Source: a virus | Direction: 5' to 3' (one strand) | IMG/VR virus record: IMGVR_UViG_3300030503_000155 | Length of the DNA stretch: 33,813 nucleotides | Part shown: piece by piece, positions 22,039 through 29,881 of the stretch | How the letters are laid out: each line of letters opens with the position of its first letter | Numbering within the stretch: the first letter of the stretch is position 1 | Position numbers and translations under genes: made by a program | Notes under the pieces: generated by a model | The model's input: the letters and a program-made list of their open reading frames with translations, nothing else | Told to the model about the DNA's origin: nothing | Databases searched by the model: none

Positions 22039-22496
22039 ACTTTTCACCAAAGACCGCAGATGAAATCAGCACCTTTTCATTATTAGAGAAGGGCGTATAT
22101 AATTTTCGTGTCACCAAAGCCGAAGATCAAATATCGAAATCGGGCAATGAGATGATCAAATTGACGCTGCAAATATGGGATAAGGCTGGTGACTCACATT
22201 TCATATTCGATTATTTGCTTGAAAAAGCCGCCTACAAATTGAGACACTTTGCAGAATGTTGCGGATTGATTGATAAGTATAACCTTGGTGCTTTTTCGGC
22301 TGGTGACTGCGAAGGCCGCGAAGGCAAAGTTGATATCATCGTGCAACCAGGTCAACCAAAGCCAGATGGTGGATTTTATGCGGATAAGAACGCGGTTAAA
22401 GATTATGTAGTGGGTGATAAAGTAGTATCTATACTTGGTAAGCGATTGCCAAGCGTTAAGATTGAAGAAGGGTTTGATGATGATTTTCCATTTTAA
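22035..22496 (+). CDS. Single-stranded DNA-binding protein (DUF669 family) with acidic SSB tail
   Basis: LLEKGVYNFRVTKAEDQISKSGNEMIKLTLQIWD fits DUF669. The C-terminus EEGFDDDFPF mimics the bacterial SSB tip DDDIPF. It is the cognate partner of Sak4-type ATPases. Confidence 0.75.
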   Translation: MNFSPKTADEISTFSLLEKGVYNFRVTKAEDQISKSGNEMIKLTLQIWDKAGDSHFIFDYLLEKAAYKLRHFAECCGLIDKYNLGAFSAGDCEGREGKVDIIVQPGQPKPDGGFYADKNAVKDYVVGDKVVSILGKRLPSVKIEEGFDDDFPF

Positions 22497-22516
22497 CCAA
22501 CAAAGGAAAGCAATAA

Positions 22517-22885
22517 ATGTACACAAAATTAAAAGTATGGTCAGAAGAATCAAAGCAAGAAACCAATGAGTCACAATTTTTTTTGAAATTAGACTTAGAT
22601 CAAAATGAAGATATCGCGTTAAATGTTGTAGACAAATAAGGCAATCGAGTCAATGCAGGAGCCGTTCTGTTATTTGATTTAGATATGCGCATTATGGTTA
22701 TCATGTATGATGTAGCAGACGAATATAATCTTAAAACTGCTATTCAAGATTCTCCTTTGTATTATTCAGAGAAAGAATATAACGAAGAAATTAAAAGAAT
22801 CCAAGGTGAGCGATTGATGAGTCATTTGAAAGAATGTTTTATAAAGAAAACACAAGAAGAATCACCTGAACCCAGCAAGCATTAA
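22517..22885 (+). pseudogene. One reading frame interrupted by a single in-frame TAA (40 aa + 15 untranslated codons + 66 aa)
   Basis: ORF 22517..22639 (AAGGAAAG RBS) and track ORF 22685..22885 are in the same frame. The second ATG has no RBS. Sequence reads smoothly across the stop: DIALNVVDK*GNRVNAGAVLLFDLDMRIMVIMYDV. Confidence 0.5.
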
Positions 22886-22893
22886 GAGCATTG

Positions 22894-22951
22894 GAAACAC
22901 CCATCAAACTGAAGCTGCGTTGCGCGCAATTTCGTCCCGGTGGGTGTTTTC
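22894..22951 (+). other. Structured intergenic element (long-range stem plus GC palindrome)
   Basis: AAACACCCA (22895..22903) pairs with TGGGTGTTT (22941..22949) around a 37-nt loop that contains the palindrome TTGCGCGCAA (22920..22929). The T-run suggests a terminator-like role. Confidence 0.35.
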
Positions 22952-22969
22952 GCCATATAGGATATAAAA

Positions 22970-23083
22970 ATGGATTCTGAAGATTTAGTGGAATTTTTAG
23001 TAGGAATAAGTTCTTTTATTACTGTAGTATTTATTGTTGCTGATATTGTTAAGTTTTCTATTAAATATTTATTTGGAATATGA
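22970..23083 (+). CDS. Small membrane protein (37 aa)
   Basis: Hand-called with an AGGA RBS: MDSEDLVEFLVGISSFITVVFIVADIVKFSIKYLFGI. Confidence 0.45.
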   Translation: MDSEDLVEFLVGISSFITVVFIVADIVKFSIKYLFGI

Positions 23084-23085
23084 AA

Positions 23086-23250
23086 ATGGTTAAAGAATGG
23101 CAGTTAAGTATAGTATATGAAAATAATACTGAAAAAACTTTAACATATCGAGGGAATGAAAATATAATAATTACATCCCCTTTGTTTTTAGATAATCAAA
23201 TAAACTTTCCTTTGCATATACTAGAAAAATTTATAGAGATGATTAAATGA
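23086..23250 (+). CDS. Hypothetical protein (54 aa)
   Basis: Hand-called: MVKEWQLSIVYENNTEKTLTYRGNENIIITSPLFLDNQINFPLHILEKFIEMIK. ATGA overlap downstream. Confidence 0.45.
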   Translation: MVKEWQLSIVYENNTEKTLTYRGNENIIITSPLFLDNQINFPLHILEKFIEMIK

Positions 23251-23528
23251 AAATTAAGTTAGAAAATGCTGTAAAATTAGGTAGACCAGGCATTACATAT
23301 GCTGACGTTAAAAAAGCAATTGAATTTTTAATCAAGAAAAAAGTTGAGCCTACTCTTAAAAATATTAAAGACATCTTAAAATACGGTGGATCAACAACAA
23401 TTTCACAGTATCGAGCTAAATATTATACTGAAAACGGAACATCTAAAAATAAAAGCATCGATTATCTTAATGGTTGGCGAGATGCAATGAAGGCAATGAA
23501 AGTGTTTATTCAGGATAACAATAAATGA
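23247..23528 (+). CDS. KfrA-N-like DNA-binding protein
   Basis: GRPGITYADVKKAIEFLIKKKVEPTLKNIKDILKYGGSTTISQYRAKYY parallels the KfrA N-terminal DNA-binding domain (ItyedV..Aa..L...g..PT...vr..lG.GS..ti..hl..w). Confidence 0.55.
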   Translation: MKIKLENAVKLGRPGITYADVKKAIEFLIKKKVEPTLKNIKDILKYGGSTTISQYRAKYYTENGTSKNKSIDYLNGWRDAMKAMKVFIQDNNK

Positions 23529-23677
23529 ATCAAACATTTTGGGAAGTTCTATTTAAAGAGTTTTTTACAAGCTTACGAAACGAATCTCTTATGGAAATAT
23601 CAAATTTGATTGATAGAGAATTGCAGAGCAGGAAGGAATTAAATGCCAGAAGAACGAATAAAACAATTATGCGATGA
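23525..23677 (+). CDS. Hypothetical protein (50 aa)
   Basis: Hand-called, with an ATGA overlap upstream and a 35-nt overlap with the next ORF. Confidence 0.35.
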   Translation: MNQTFWEVLFKEFFTSLRNESLMEISNLIDRELQSRKELNARRTNKTIMR

Positions 23678-23837
23678 TAATTTTACGTATGTTACATTGC
23701 TGGGTTATGCGAACGCATTAATTATTGATTTAAAAAAATGTTCCGAACATTATCATGAGTTGCCTAAGATTGAATGGTTCTTAAAAGCCATTGAAAATAA
23801 GCTATATCTTAAAATTCCTATTCCGCCGATGCCATAA
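23643..23837 (+). CDS. Hypothetical protein (64 aa)
   Basis: The track ORF, with a GGAAGGA RBS. Confidence 0.55.
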   Translation: MPEERIKQLCDDNFTYVTLLGYANALIIDLKKCSEHYHELPKIEWFLKAIENKLYLKIPIPPMP

Positions 23838-23838
23838 C

Positions 23839-24060
23839 ATGAACCAATATAAATGCGAAGATCACCATTTAGATTTAGTGTGCCGCGGCTGTGTTAAAGC
23901 GTGGATTGCTAGGCATGATGAAATGAAAATATTTATACATAACATTTCTTTGCCTTATTTGAGTTTAAATGAAATAGAATCATTGGTTGAAAGAAGAGAT
24001 GATATTGCTTTAATCGCGATCAATGCCAGAGAATTATTGAAAAAAATTGGTGAACTTTAA
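23839..24060 (+). CDS. Hypothetical Cys/His-containing protein (73 aa)
   Basis: Internal ATG of track ORF 23791..24060, 1 nt after the upstream stop: MNQYKCEDHHLDLVCRGCVKAWIARHDE... Confidence 0.5.
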   Translation: MNQYKCEDHHLDLVCRGCVKAWIARHDEMKIFIHNISLPYLSLNEIESLVERRDDIALIAINARELLKKIGEL

Positions 24061-24230
24061 TGACATACAAAGACAAAACCTTCTGCGCATCACCCAATTG
24101 CAAGAATGCCTGCGGCAGAAAAATGAATATCCAAGAAGAATTCGAAGTTAAGCTAAATAATTATTTAGTTTGGTACGGATATTTCTGCGAAGATGACACA
24201 TCCAAATATGCGCCATCTCAGGATGTTTGA
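24060..24230 (+). CDS. Small Cys-rich protein (56 aa), last gene of early operon 2
   Basis: Hand-called, with a TAATG overlap: MTYKDKTFCASPNCKNACGRKMNIQEEFEVKLNNYLVWYGYFCEDDTSKYAPSQDV. Confidence 0.5.
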   Translation: MTYKDKTFCASPNCKNACGRKMNIQEEFEVKLNNYLVWYGYFCEDDTSKYAPSQDV

Positions 24231-24232
24231 TA

Positions 24233-24424
24233 TTACTTTGATTTCTTTGACTTAGGTTTTTCTTTCTTAACTTCAAGCTTATTGACTTTAGCCAGCTTGC
24301 CAATCAATTTTTCTTCTTTTGCTTCGTGTACCATCGACATGTGTTCTTTAGCCTTTGCATGATGATGCGCTGCAAGTTCCATGTGTTTGACAGCATGTTT
24401 GTGATGATTCTTTTTTCCAGCCAT
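24233..24424 (-). CDS. His-rich helical protein with Lys-rich tail (SmbP-like metal-binding candidate)
   Basis: MAGKKNHHKHAVKHMELAAHHHAKAKEHMSMVHEAKEEKL...KKEKPKSKKSK has 10 His in the first 33 aa. AAGGA RBS and its own candidate promoter. Confidence 0.65.
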   Translation of the reverse strand: MAGKKNHHKHAVKHMELAAHHHAKAKEHMSMVHEAKEEKLIGKLAKVNKLEVKKEKPKSKKSK

Positions 24425-24457
24425 TTTGTTGATCCTTGTGGATTTAATGAATCATGC

Positions 24458-24486
24458 AATATATATTGTAATTGAATTTTAGTAAA
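24458..24486 (-). promoter_or_regulatory. Candidate promoter for the His-rich gene
   Basis: Read on the minus strand: TTTACT, 17 nt, TATATT, directly after the tail-fibre stop. Confidence 0.35.
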
Positions 24487-24489
24487 TAT

Positions 24490-26574
24490 TTATCTAACCC
24501 GCCTTGCATAAATACCGCCGCAAGCATTTGCAGTTGAAGTGCTGAAACCGGCAACAATCGCTAAGTAAACAGTAGCTGGTGATGCCAAAGATACTCTCAA
24601 GAAAGGTGTTGTATCACCGACTTCATTTTCAGCAAATGTCGTAAGACCAGTGGCACCGTATGATTGACCAGCCCACAAAGAAGGGTCAGGAGCGATACCA
24701 AAAGCGCCAACATTAATCCAGCATGAGTAGTATTGTAAAAGTGTGGTTCCACCGCCACTCAAGGAAACATTTCCATACACATCCCAGTCACCGCCTGATA
24801 AATTAATCGAGGTGATTGAGCGTGCGGTATTGTTAGTTAAAGAGACAGCACTGGCCTGAGCTACCACACTACTAATGTATTCTCCTACACTACCAGCCGC
24901 TGCACTATCATTGGTAGTCGTACCAACAATTCCACCTGTGGTTGGTGAAAATGTCAAAGATGTGGCAGTAGCTGCACCTAAAGAAGGAGTTATAAGAGAA
25001 GGAGTATTTGCAAGTACAGGAGCACCTGTCCCTGTAACCGTCACCCAGGCAGGGACCCCGCTTCCATTAGTTAGCAACCCAGAGGAGTTAGCTGTTGCAA
25101 GACCTGTAACCACATTAGAAGATGAAGCAAAGAGTATAGTGCTTACAGCGTAAGTACTTGCGAATGTTGCAGTTGACCATGTGGGCGCTGTTGAAGCGCC
25201 AGATAAAATTATTTGTCCGGCAGTTGAAGTGCCTGAAAGTATTGCGCCTGCGCTAGCTGTTGAATAAAATATACCACCATTGGACGCTGTTAAATTCGCA
25301 TTTGTACCGCCATGCGCTAAAGATATAGGAAAGATAATGTTTCCAAATTGACTATAATTAAAATTTGTCGTGTCAACTGTGACAATGGTTGCTGAGTTGA
25401 ACCAAGCTGTTCCAGATTGTGTGCTGCCATTCTGAACAATAATTAATCCAGTATTATTAATTTCCGAAGGGGCATCATACGTAGTAGCTCGAGTTAAAAC
25501 CCAGTTTGTAGAACCGGAACCAACATTGGTAACTGTATAAATACCTTCATTATTTGCAGCGGCTAAATTTTTAATTAAAACATTTGAATTTACTGGTGGG
25601 TTTACACCATCAAGCGCGAAAGTTGCTTGAGTACTTGCATTCGTTAAAGTAGCGCCAATCCCTGCGCCTGATTGGGTTACTGTCAAATTTGTCGTGCTAG
25701 CAGCATAAACCGAAGTACCAGTTAATGCAGTTGTATCAACGTATCCTTTTGTTGCATAGTCAGTTGACGATGTGGGTGTTGCGCCATTATTAATTTGAAA
25801 TCCACCCATATTCAATGCTTGGGATTGCATTCCAAGTGCAGTGATATTCGTTTGCACAGCGCTTGGCAATGTCGAGCTTATAGAGGGGACTCCGCCGGCC
25901 GATGTAATTAATGCACCGTTATTGGCTGTTGCAAGACCAACGATTGTATTTGCAGAATTCGACCACAGTATTTGATTAATCGTCGTGGTTGATGGATAAG
26001 CCGCTGTTGAGAATGAAGGCGCTAAAGCAGAATTAGATTGCAGTACTTGTCCCGTTGTCCCAGGTCCTGCAAGAATAGAGGGCACGCCCGTATTGCTTGT
26101 GACCAGCAGCCCATCATTTGCTGTAGAAATCGATGAAATCGAGGTCGTACCTGATGCATATAAAATAGTATTAATCGAAAAAGTATCAGGAAAAGTTGAT
26201 GAGGAATAAATATTGTTTGTGCCATCGGATCTTAATAGCTGCCCAGCCGATCCGCTAGCACTTGGGTAGGTTGGCGTTGACCAAGAGGGCGCCATTCCTG
26301 CGTTAGACTGCAATACATTTCCTGATGTCGAGGTATTAGGTAATATCGCAAGTTGTGTTGCATTTGAATAAACAATACCGCCTAAATTCGCAACCAATGC
26401 AGCATTCGTTCCACCCATATTCAGTGGGAGAATTCCTGCTGAAAAACCAAATAATGTTTGCAATTGCGCATTTGTAACTTTATATGTCACGCCACCTTGA
26501 TCGGTAGGTATAACATCCGTTAATTGAGGCGTTGTGATAAGTGGTAAATTTGGAATTATGACTGTTGCGACCAT
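24490..26574 (-). CDS. Long tail fibre with internal repeats
   Basis: 694 aa, rich in Ser/Thr/Gly/Ala/Asn. Repeated blocks include GGTNAxL..NGGI.YS...., Q.L.S....AP.WST and LATAN.G.L.T...GVP. The C-terminal GEYISS...SINLSGGDWDVYGNVS looks like a receptor-binding tip. Confidence 0.8.
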   Translation of the reverse strand: MVATVIIPNLPLITTPQLTDVIPTDQGGVTYKVTNAQLQTLFGFSAGILPLNMGGTNAALVANLGGIVYSNATQLAILPNTSTSGNVLQSNAGMAPSWSTPTYPSASGSAGQLLRSDGTNNIYSSSTFPDTFSINTILYASGTTSISSISTANDGLLVTSNTGVPSILAGPGTTGQVLQSNSALAPSFSTAAYPSTTTINQILWSNSANTIVGLATANNGALITSAGGVPSISSTLPSAVQTNITALGMQSQALNMGGFQINNGATPTSSTDYATKGYVDTTALTGTSVYAASTTNLTVTQSGAGIGATLTNASTQATFALDGVNPPVNSNVLIKNLAAANNEGIYTVTNVGSGSTNWVLTRATTYDAPSEINNTGLIIVQNGSTQSGTAWFNSATIVTVDTTNFNYSQFGNIIFPISLAHGGTNANLTASNGGIFYSTASAGAILSGTSTAGQIILSGASTAPTWSTATFASTYAVSTILFASSSNVVTGLATANSSGLLTNGSGVPAWVTVTGTGAPVLANTPSLITPSLGAATATSLTFSPTTGGIVGTTTNDSAAAGSVGEYISSVVAQASAVSLTNNTARSITSINLSGGDWDVYGNVSLSGGGTTLLQYYSCWINVGAFGIAPDPSLWAGQSYGATGLTTFAENEVGDTTPFLRVSLASPATVYLAIVAGFSTSTANACGGIYARRVR

Positions 26575-26599
26575 AATAGATAAATCCTTTTATCTGATT

Positions 26600-26631
26600 A
26601 AGGGGCATCTCCTGACACCCCTTTTTCTCTT
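26600..26631 (+). terminator. Weak plus-strand (antisense-oriented) terminator-like hairpin between fibre genes
   Basis: AAGGGG, a 12-nt loop, CCCCTT, then TTTCTCTT on the plus strand. On the coding (minus) strand no U-tract follows. Confidence 0.3.
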
Positions 26632-26636
26632 GAAGC

Positions 26637-27635
26637 TTACGCGATTCTTTCCATGATCCCAGAAATGCGCAATGATCCTGCTGTATAATCTGTTGTTCCG
26701 CCAGAATATTTGAAAGTCAAAGCAGCGCCAGCGGCAGTTGATGTGTTATTCGCAGCAGATGCAGCATTTGGTAAAGCCGTTTGACTCCAACGAGCATTGG
26801 TTAATGCTTGCATAGTTGCTGCTGGAACCACGGAATAAACTGTCGTGCCGTCTGTGACTTGTCCCAATCTATCACCACCACCGCCAGAAAAGTTTGTGCC
26901 ACCCGATTCAAGCTCTAGTGACCTAATCTTATATTGCTTAGATCCGCTAGATGCTTGCAGAGTTACAGCGCCTCCGGTTGCTAGAGCTGCTTCCCCAACG
27001 GTCACATCAAATGTGATTAAGTTCGCGCCAACATCTGGTGTCACAATCGCTGAGGTTAATACTTTGTTTGCAGCGACTGGACCATCCGCAACAGTTCCGG
27101 CAGTATCCGCAGATTCTACGATATTACCAGTGGTTGTTGCGCCAGAGACTGAGGCAACGGTGGGCTGTGCATTTGCAGATGCCGCTTTCGTTGCAGCAGT
27201 TCCAAGACCGGATGTGATTGCAGCATTCCATTCAAAATTGCTGATACCAAATTGCGCGGGAAGCGGTTCAACAATAACGTAAGTGGCTCCTGCATTAACT
27301 GTGCCAGCTCCAATAGTTACGAATTGTCCTGTACGGATTTGTTCCATACTTTTCATATCATGCGCTCTCGTCAACACAACAGTTGCGCCAATCGATGAAA
27401 CAACGTAGATACCATTTTGATTTGCTAAAGATTGTCCAACAAGCAAGACACGATTGGAAACCACTAATACAACGCTATCAACAGTCAAGGAGCTTGCAGC
27501 TATTGTTAATGTAGCCCCAACCCCGTTATTAACGGTACCATTAAAATATGTACCGGCAACGTTGCCTGTTGAAACCACGCGGCAAGCTGTTAAACCATCG
27601 TAAACATTATATTGTTGAAAAGTAGATGACGACAT
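26637..27635 (-). CDS. Fibre protein (possible head-spike or side fibre)
   Basis: 332 aa. Its N-terminal ~125 aa are homologous to residues ~288-410 of the 694-aa fibre (GVGATLT...NRVLLVGQ..NQNGIYVV....VLTRAHD). It follows the spike-base-like gene. Confidence 0.6.
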   Translation of the reverse strand: MSSSTFQQYNVYDGLTACRVVSTGNVAGTYFNGTVNNGVGATLTIAASSLTVDSVVLVVSNRVLLVGQSLANQNGIYVVSSIGATVVLTRAHDMKSMEQIRTGQFVTIGAGTVNAGATYVIVEPLPAQFGISNFEWNAAITSGLGTAATKAASANAQPTVASVSGATTTGNIVESADTAGTVADGPVAANKVLTSAIVTPDVGANLITFDVTVGEAALATGGAVTLQASSGSKQYKIRSLELESGGTNFSGGGGDRLGQVTDGTTVYSVVPAATMQALTNARWSQTALPNAASAANNTSTAAGAALTFKYSGGTTDYTAGSLRISGIMERIA

Positions 27636-27684
27636 TGTGTAGCTCCTTTAATAAATAAAATGTAATTCCCTTTTGTTGCTTTGC

Positions 27685-27975
27685 TTAACTACCTACAACG
27701 ATGCTCGTTGCAGTCGTCCCACTTGAATTTATCATCAAACTGGGGATAGGATGCCAAAATCCTCCTAGCAATCCTACTAAAATCTGTGTGGTGCCATCCC
27801 ATTTTACATAACTTACATTACCAGTAACACCGACATATATACCGCGCATTGATTCACCGTATGCTACATCTAATGAAGGAGATAATGTACGTGCGTAACC
27901 TGATGTTGTTCGCGCGCCGGCTGTGAAGTTATTCACATCAAACGGCGAAACTGGACTTATATTTGCTAATGCCAT
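27685..27975 (-). CDS. Small structural protein, RcGTA head-spike-base-like (rcc01079 family?)
   Basis: 96 aa. MRGIYVGVTGNVSYVKWDGTTQILVGLLGGFWHPIPSLMINSSGTTATSIVVGS matches my memory of the family pattern (alYVG.aGdv.v...gg..vtf..v.aG..lP.rv.rV.atGTTAt.IVal). Confidence 0.4.
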   Translation of the reverse strand: MALANISPVSPFDVNNFTAGARTTSGYARTLSPSLDVAYGESMRGIYVGVTGNVSYVKWDGTTQILVGLLGGFWHPIPSLMINSSGTTATSIVVGS

Positions 27976-27989
27976 TTCCTTGGCTCCTA

Positions 27990-29846
27990 TTATAACTTAA
28001 TAAATACATTTAAAAACGTTGTCGGTTGTAGCATGCTTGTTGCAACTTGCGCTGCTGGATAACTTGTAATACCTGCTGTTGCATTTCTAAATACTAAATT
28101 ACCAGATGGTCCCAATGTTCCGCCACCTCCGAAATTGCCTTCCACAAATCCATTGGCTGTATCTGATGCATTGTGCGTATGTTGCGGCAATTGTCCGGTT
28201 GCTAATAATTGCGATAATGCGCCTTGAAATTGACCTAATGAGTAAGGAGTAACGGAAACCGTATTAACACCACTCATTACACCACTTAATGTTATCGCAG
28301 CTCCGCCCACCGTTAATGAAACTGCGATATGAGTTGCATCAACAAAGATAGCGTAATAAACCGTATTGGCAACCAAGGGGATGGGCAATGCGCCTGTTGT
28401 TGTAAAAGTTATTGGAACTCCCGTATTAAACCCTGTTGCGCTAGGTAATAAAAGATTGGGTGTAACGTATGAAGTAATAGTTTGAGATATTTCAACATTT
28501 AGCGTTCCAGCAAATACACGTCCCAAAGATTTGATTAGAGCGATAGGTTTGGCCGCAATATAATCCGCAATAGCATTAGCGCCACGTCCGCCAGTAACAG
28601 GAGCCCAGGCGTTATTAACAGAATTCCAAAGTAAGTTATAAAGCGGAAACGTATCATTTCTCGCACGTGTTGTAGCACCTGATGTCAGATTGCCAATTGT
28701 TCCATCATCCATTGGTACCCAGCCAAATGGTGCGAAATTATTAACCGTCATTCGCGTATCACCCGTGCGAGGTGTATTGATCGATCCATCGATTTGATCG
28801 TAATCAATGAAGTCGCCACCTGGTGCAATGTTTCCTAAATACAAGGATGGCTTGCAAAAATTAAGATTGCATGTAGTTGTCAATGGCATTCCGACTTGTA
28901 AGAAAATCCCATCATTATTGCAACCACCTAATGTCTTGCCTGCAACATTTGGCACAGTGAATGAAAATGAATATTTGACCCAAGCTGCTGTTAAGTTTAT
29001 CGTTTGAATAGGAAACAATACAAATGGCGGCACGGGTGGCGTTGAATCATCACCAAAGAACTGGCCTATCTGCAATAATATTTGTTCAGTTCCAGATACT
29101 CCTTGCGCCCAAATTGAAACTGTCATAATTTGGTTTGTTAAGTTCTGCACTTTAGCTGTGATCGGAAATTGAAAATACTTATAGGTTTCTCCAGTTCCTG
29201 CACCTGTTGTTGCAAAGTTTACATATTCAACAGGCGGCACATCACCTGCTGCTGTAAATGCTGCTACGGGCCCTAATGTAAAAGGCGTGAATATAATAGT
29301 ATCAGTTGCGCCTGTGCCATTTCGAATAAAATAGATATCAGGACCAAAAGGTTGTGAAGAATTGATATTAGCTGATAAACCAGTATTCGCACCCGGCGCT
29401 ATCATCGTTACATTTGTACTTACGGCTATAGGTGAAGGTGATACAGAAAGCGTGCCATCAGCATGACGCCACATGACACTATTCACAACAAGATTTTCTA
29501 AATTGATATTTGTTGTAATAGATCCGCCACCTGATCCACTAGATGGGAAATAATCGTTAACATTCCAGATTAGATTTCCCTGAGCATCATATAGGAATAA
29601 GTCGTACAAACTCGTTGGATTTGTGCTATCTAAAGAGAAATAGAATGGCCCTGGGCCGTTTCCGTTGGCATCGAATAGGATTGGATTGGGATAAGGAAAA
29701 TTAAGCCCAGCATCGCTATATATCGGTTTTGGCACAGTTGGATTCAATGAATCAAATGAATATAGCGCAGCGCCACCCGCTGAAACTCCAAAGATATTGA
29801 AGTTTGACCATATTGGGTCGAAACCTAGGCTTGATGTAATTGTCAT
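27990..29846 (-). CDS. Tail fibre with phage tail-collar domain
   Basis: 618 aa. The N-terminal FDP..N..G....GG.LYSF.......KP.YSD..L..P.PNPI.FD.NG is a typical fibre/tailspike anchor. The C-terminal FAPFGWVPMDDGT...GRVFAG and LPQHTHN are tail-collar motifs. Confidence 0.8.
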   Translation of the reverse strand: MTITSSLGFDPIWSNFNIFGVSAGGAALYSFDSLNPTVPKPIYSDAGLNFPYPNPILFDANGNGPGPFYFSLDSTNPTSLYDLFLYDAQGNLIWNVNDYFPSSGSGGGSITTNINLENLVVNSVMWRHADGTLSVSPSPIAVSTNVTMIAPGANTGLSANINSSQPFGPDIYFIRNGTGATDTIIFTPFTLGPVAAFTAAGDVPPVEYVNFATTGAGTGETYKYFQFPITAKVQNLTNQIMTVSIWAQGVSGTEQILLQIGQFFGDDSTPPVPPFVLFPIQTINLTAAWVKYSFSFTVPNVAGKTLGGCNNDGIFLQVGMPLTTTCNLNFCKPSLYLGNIAPGGDFIDYDQIDGSINTPRTGDTRMTVNNFAPFGWVPMDDGTIGNLTSGATTRARNDTFPLYNLLWNSVNNAWAPVTGGRGANAIADYIAAKPIALIKSLGRVFAGTLNVEISQTITSYVTPNLLLPSATGFNTGVPITFTTTGALPIPLVANTVYYAIFVDATHIAVSLTVGGAAITLSGVMSGVNTVSVTPYSLGQFQGALSQLLATGQLPQHTHNASDTANGFVEGNFGGGGTLGPSGNLVFRNATAGITSYPAAQVATSMLQPTTFLNVFIKL

Positions 29847-29881
29847 TTATCACTTCCTTGTGATACGCATTAAATATTATA

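Noticed and set aside
22194-22574. 126-aa minus-strand ORF
   Set aside because: It is antisense to the DUF669 SSB gene, and its hydrophobic, AT-driven composition looks like a shadow ORF.
22886-22960. Possible tRNA-like element ending in CGCCA
   Set aside because: There is no TTCGA-type T-loop, and a cloverleaf cannot be drawn. I kept it only as a generic stem-loop.
24875-27313. ORFs 24875..25153 (+), 26022..26225 (-), 26845..27282 (+) and 27116..27313 (-)
   Set aside because: They are alternate-frame or antisense ORFs inside the two fibre genes. Stop-poor frames are expected in Ser/Thr/Gly/Ala-rich coding DNA.
24490-29846. Diversity-generating retroelement acting on the fibre genes
   Set aside because: No reverse transcriptase gene is present, and I could not see a template/variable repeat pair. 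The shared fibre domains are diverged paralogs, not adenine-specific variants.
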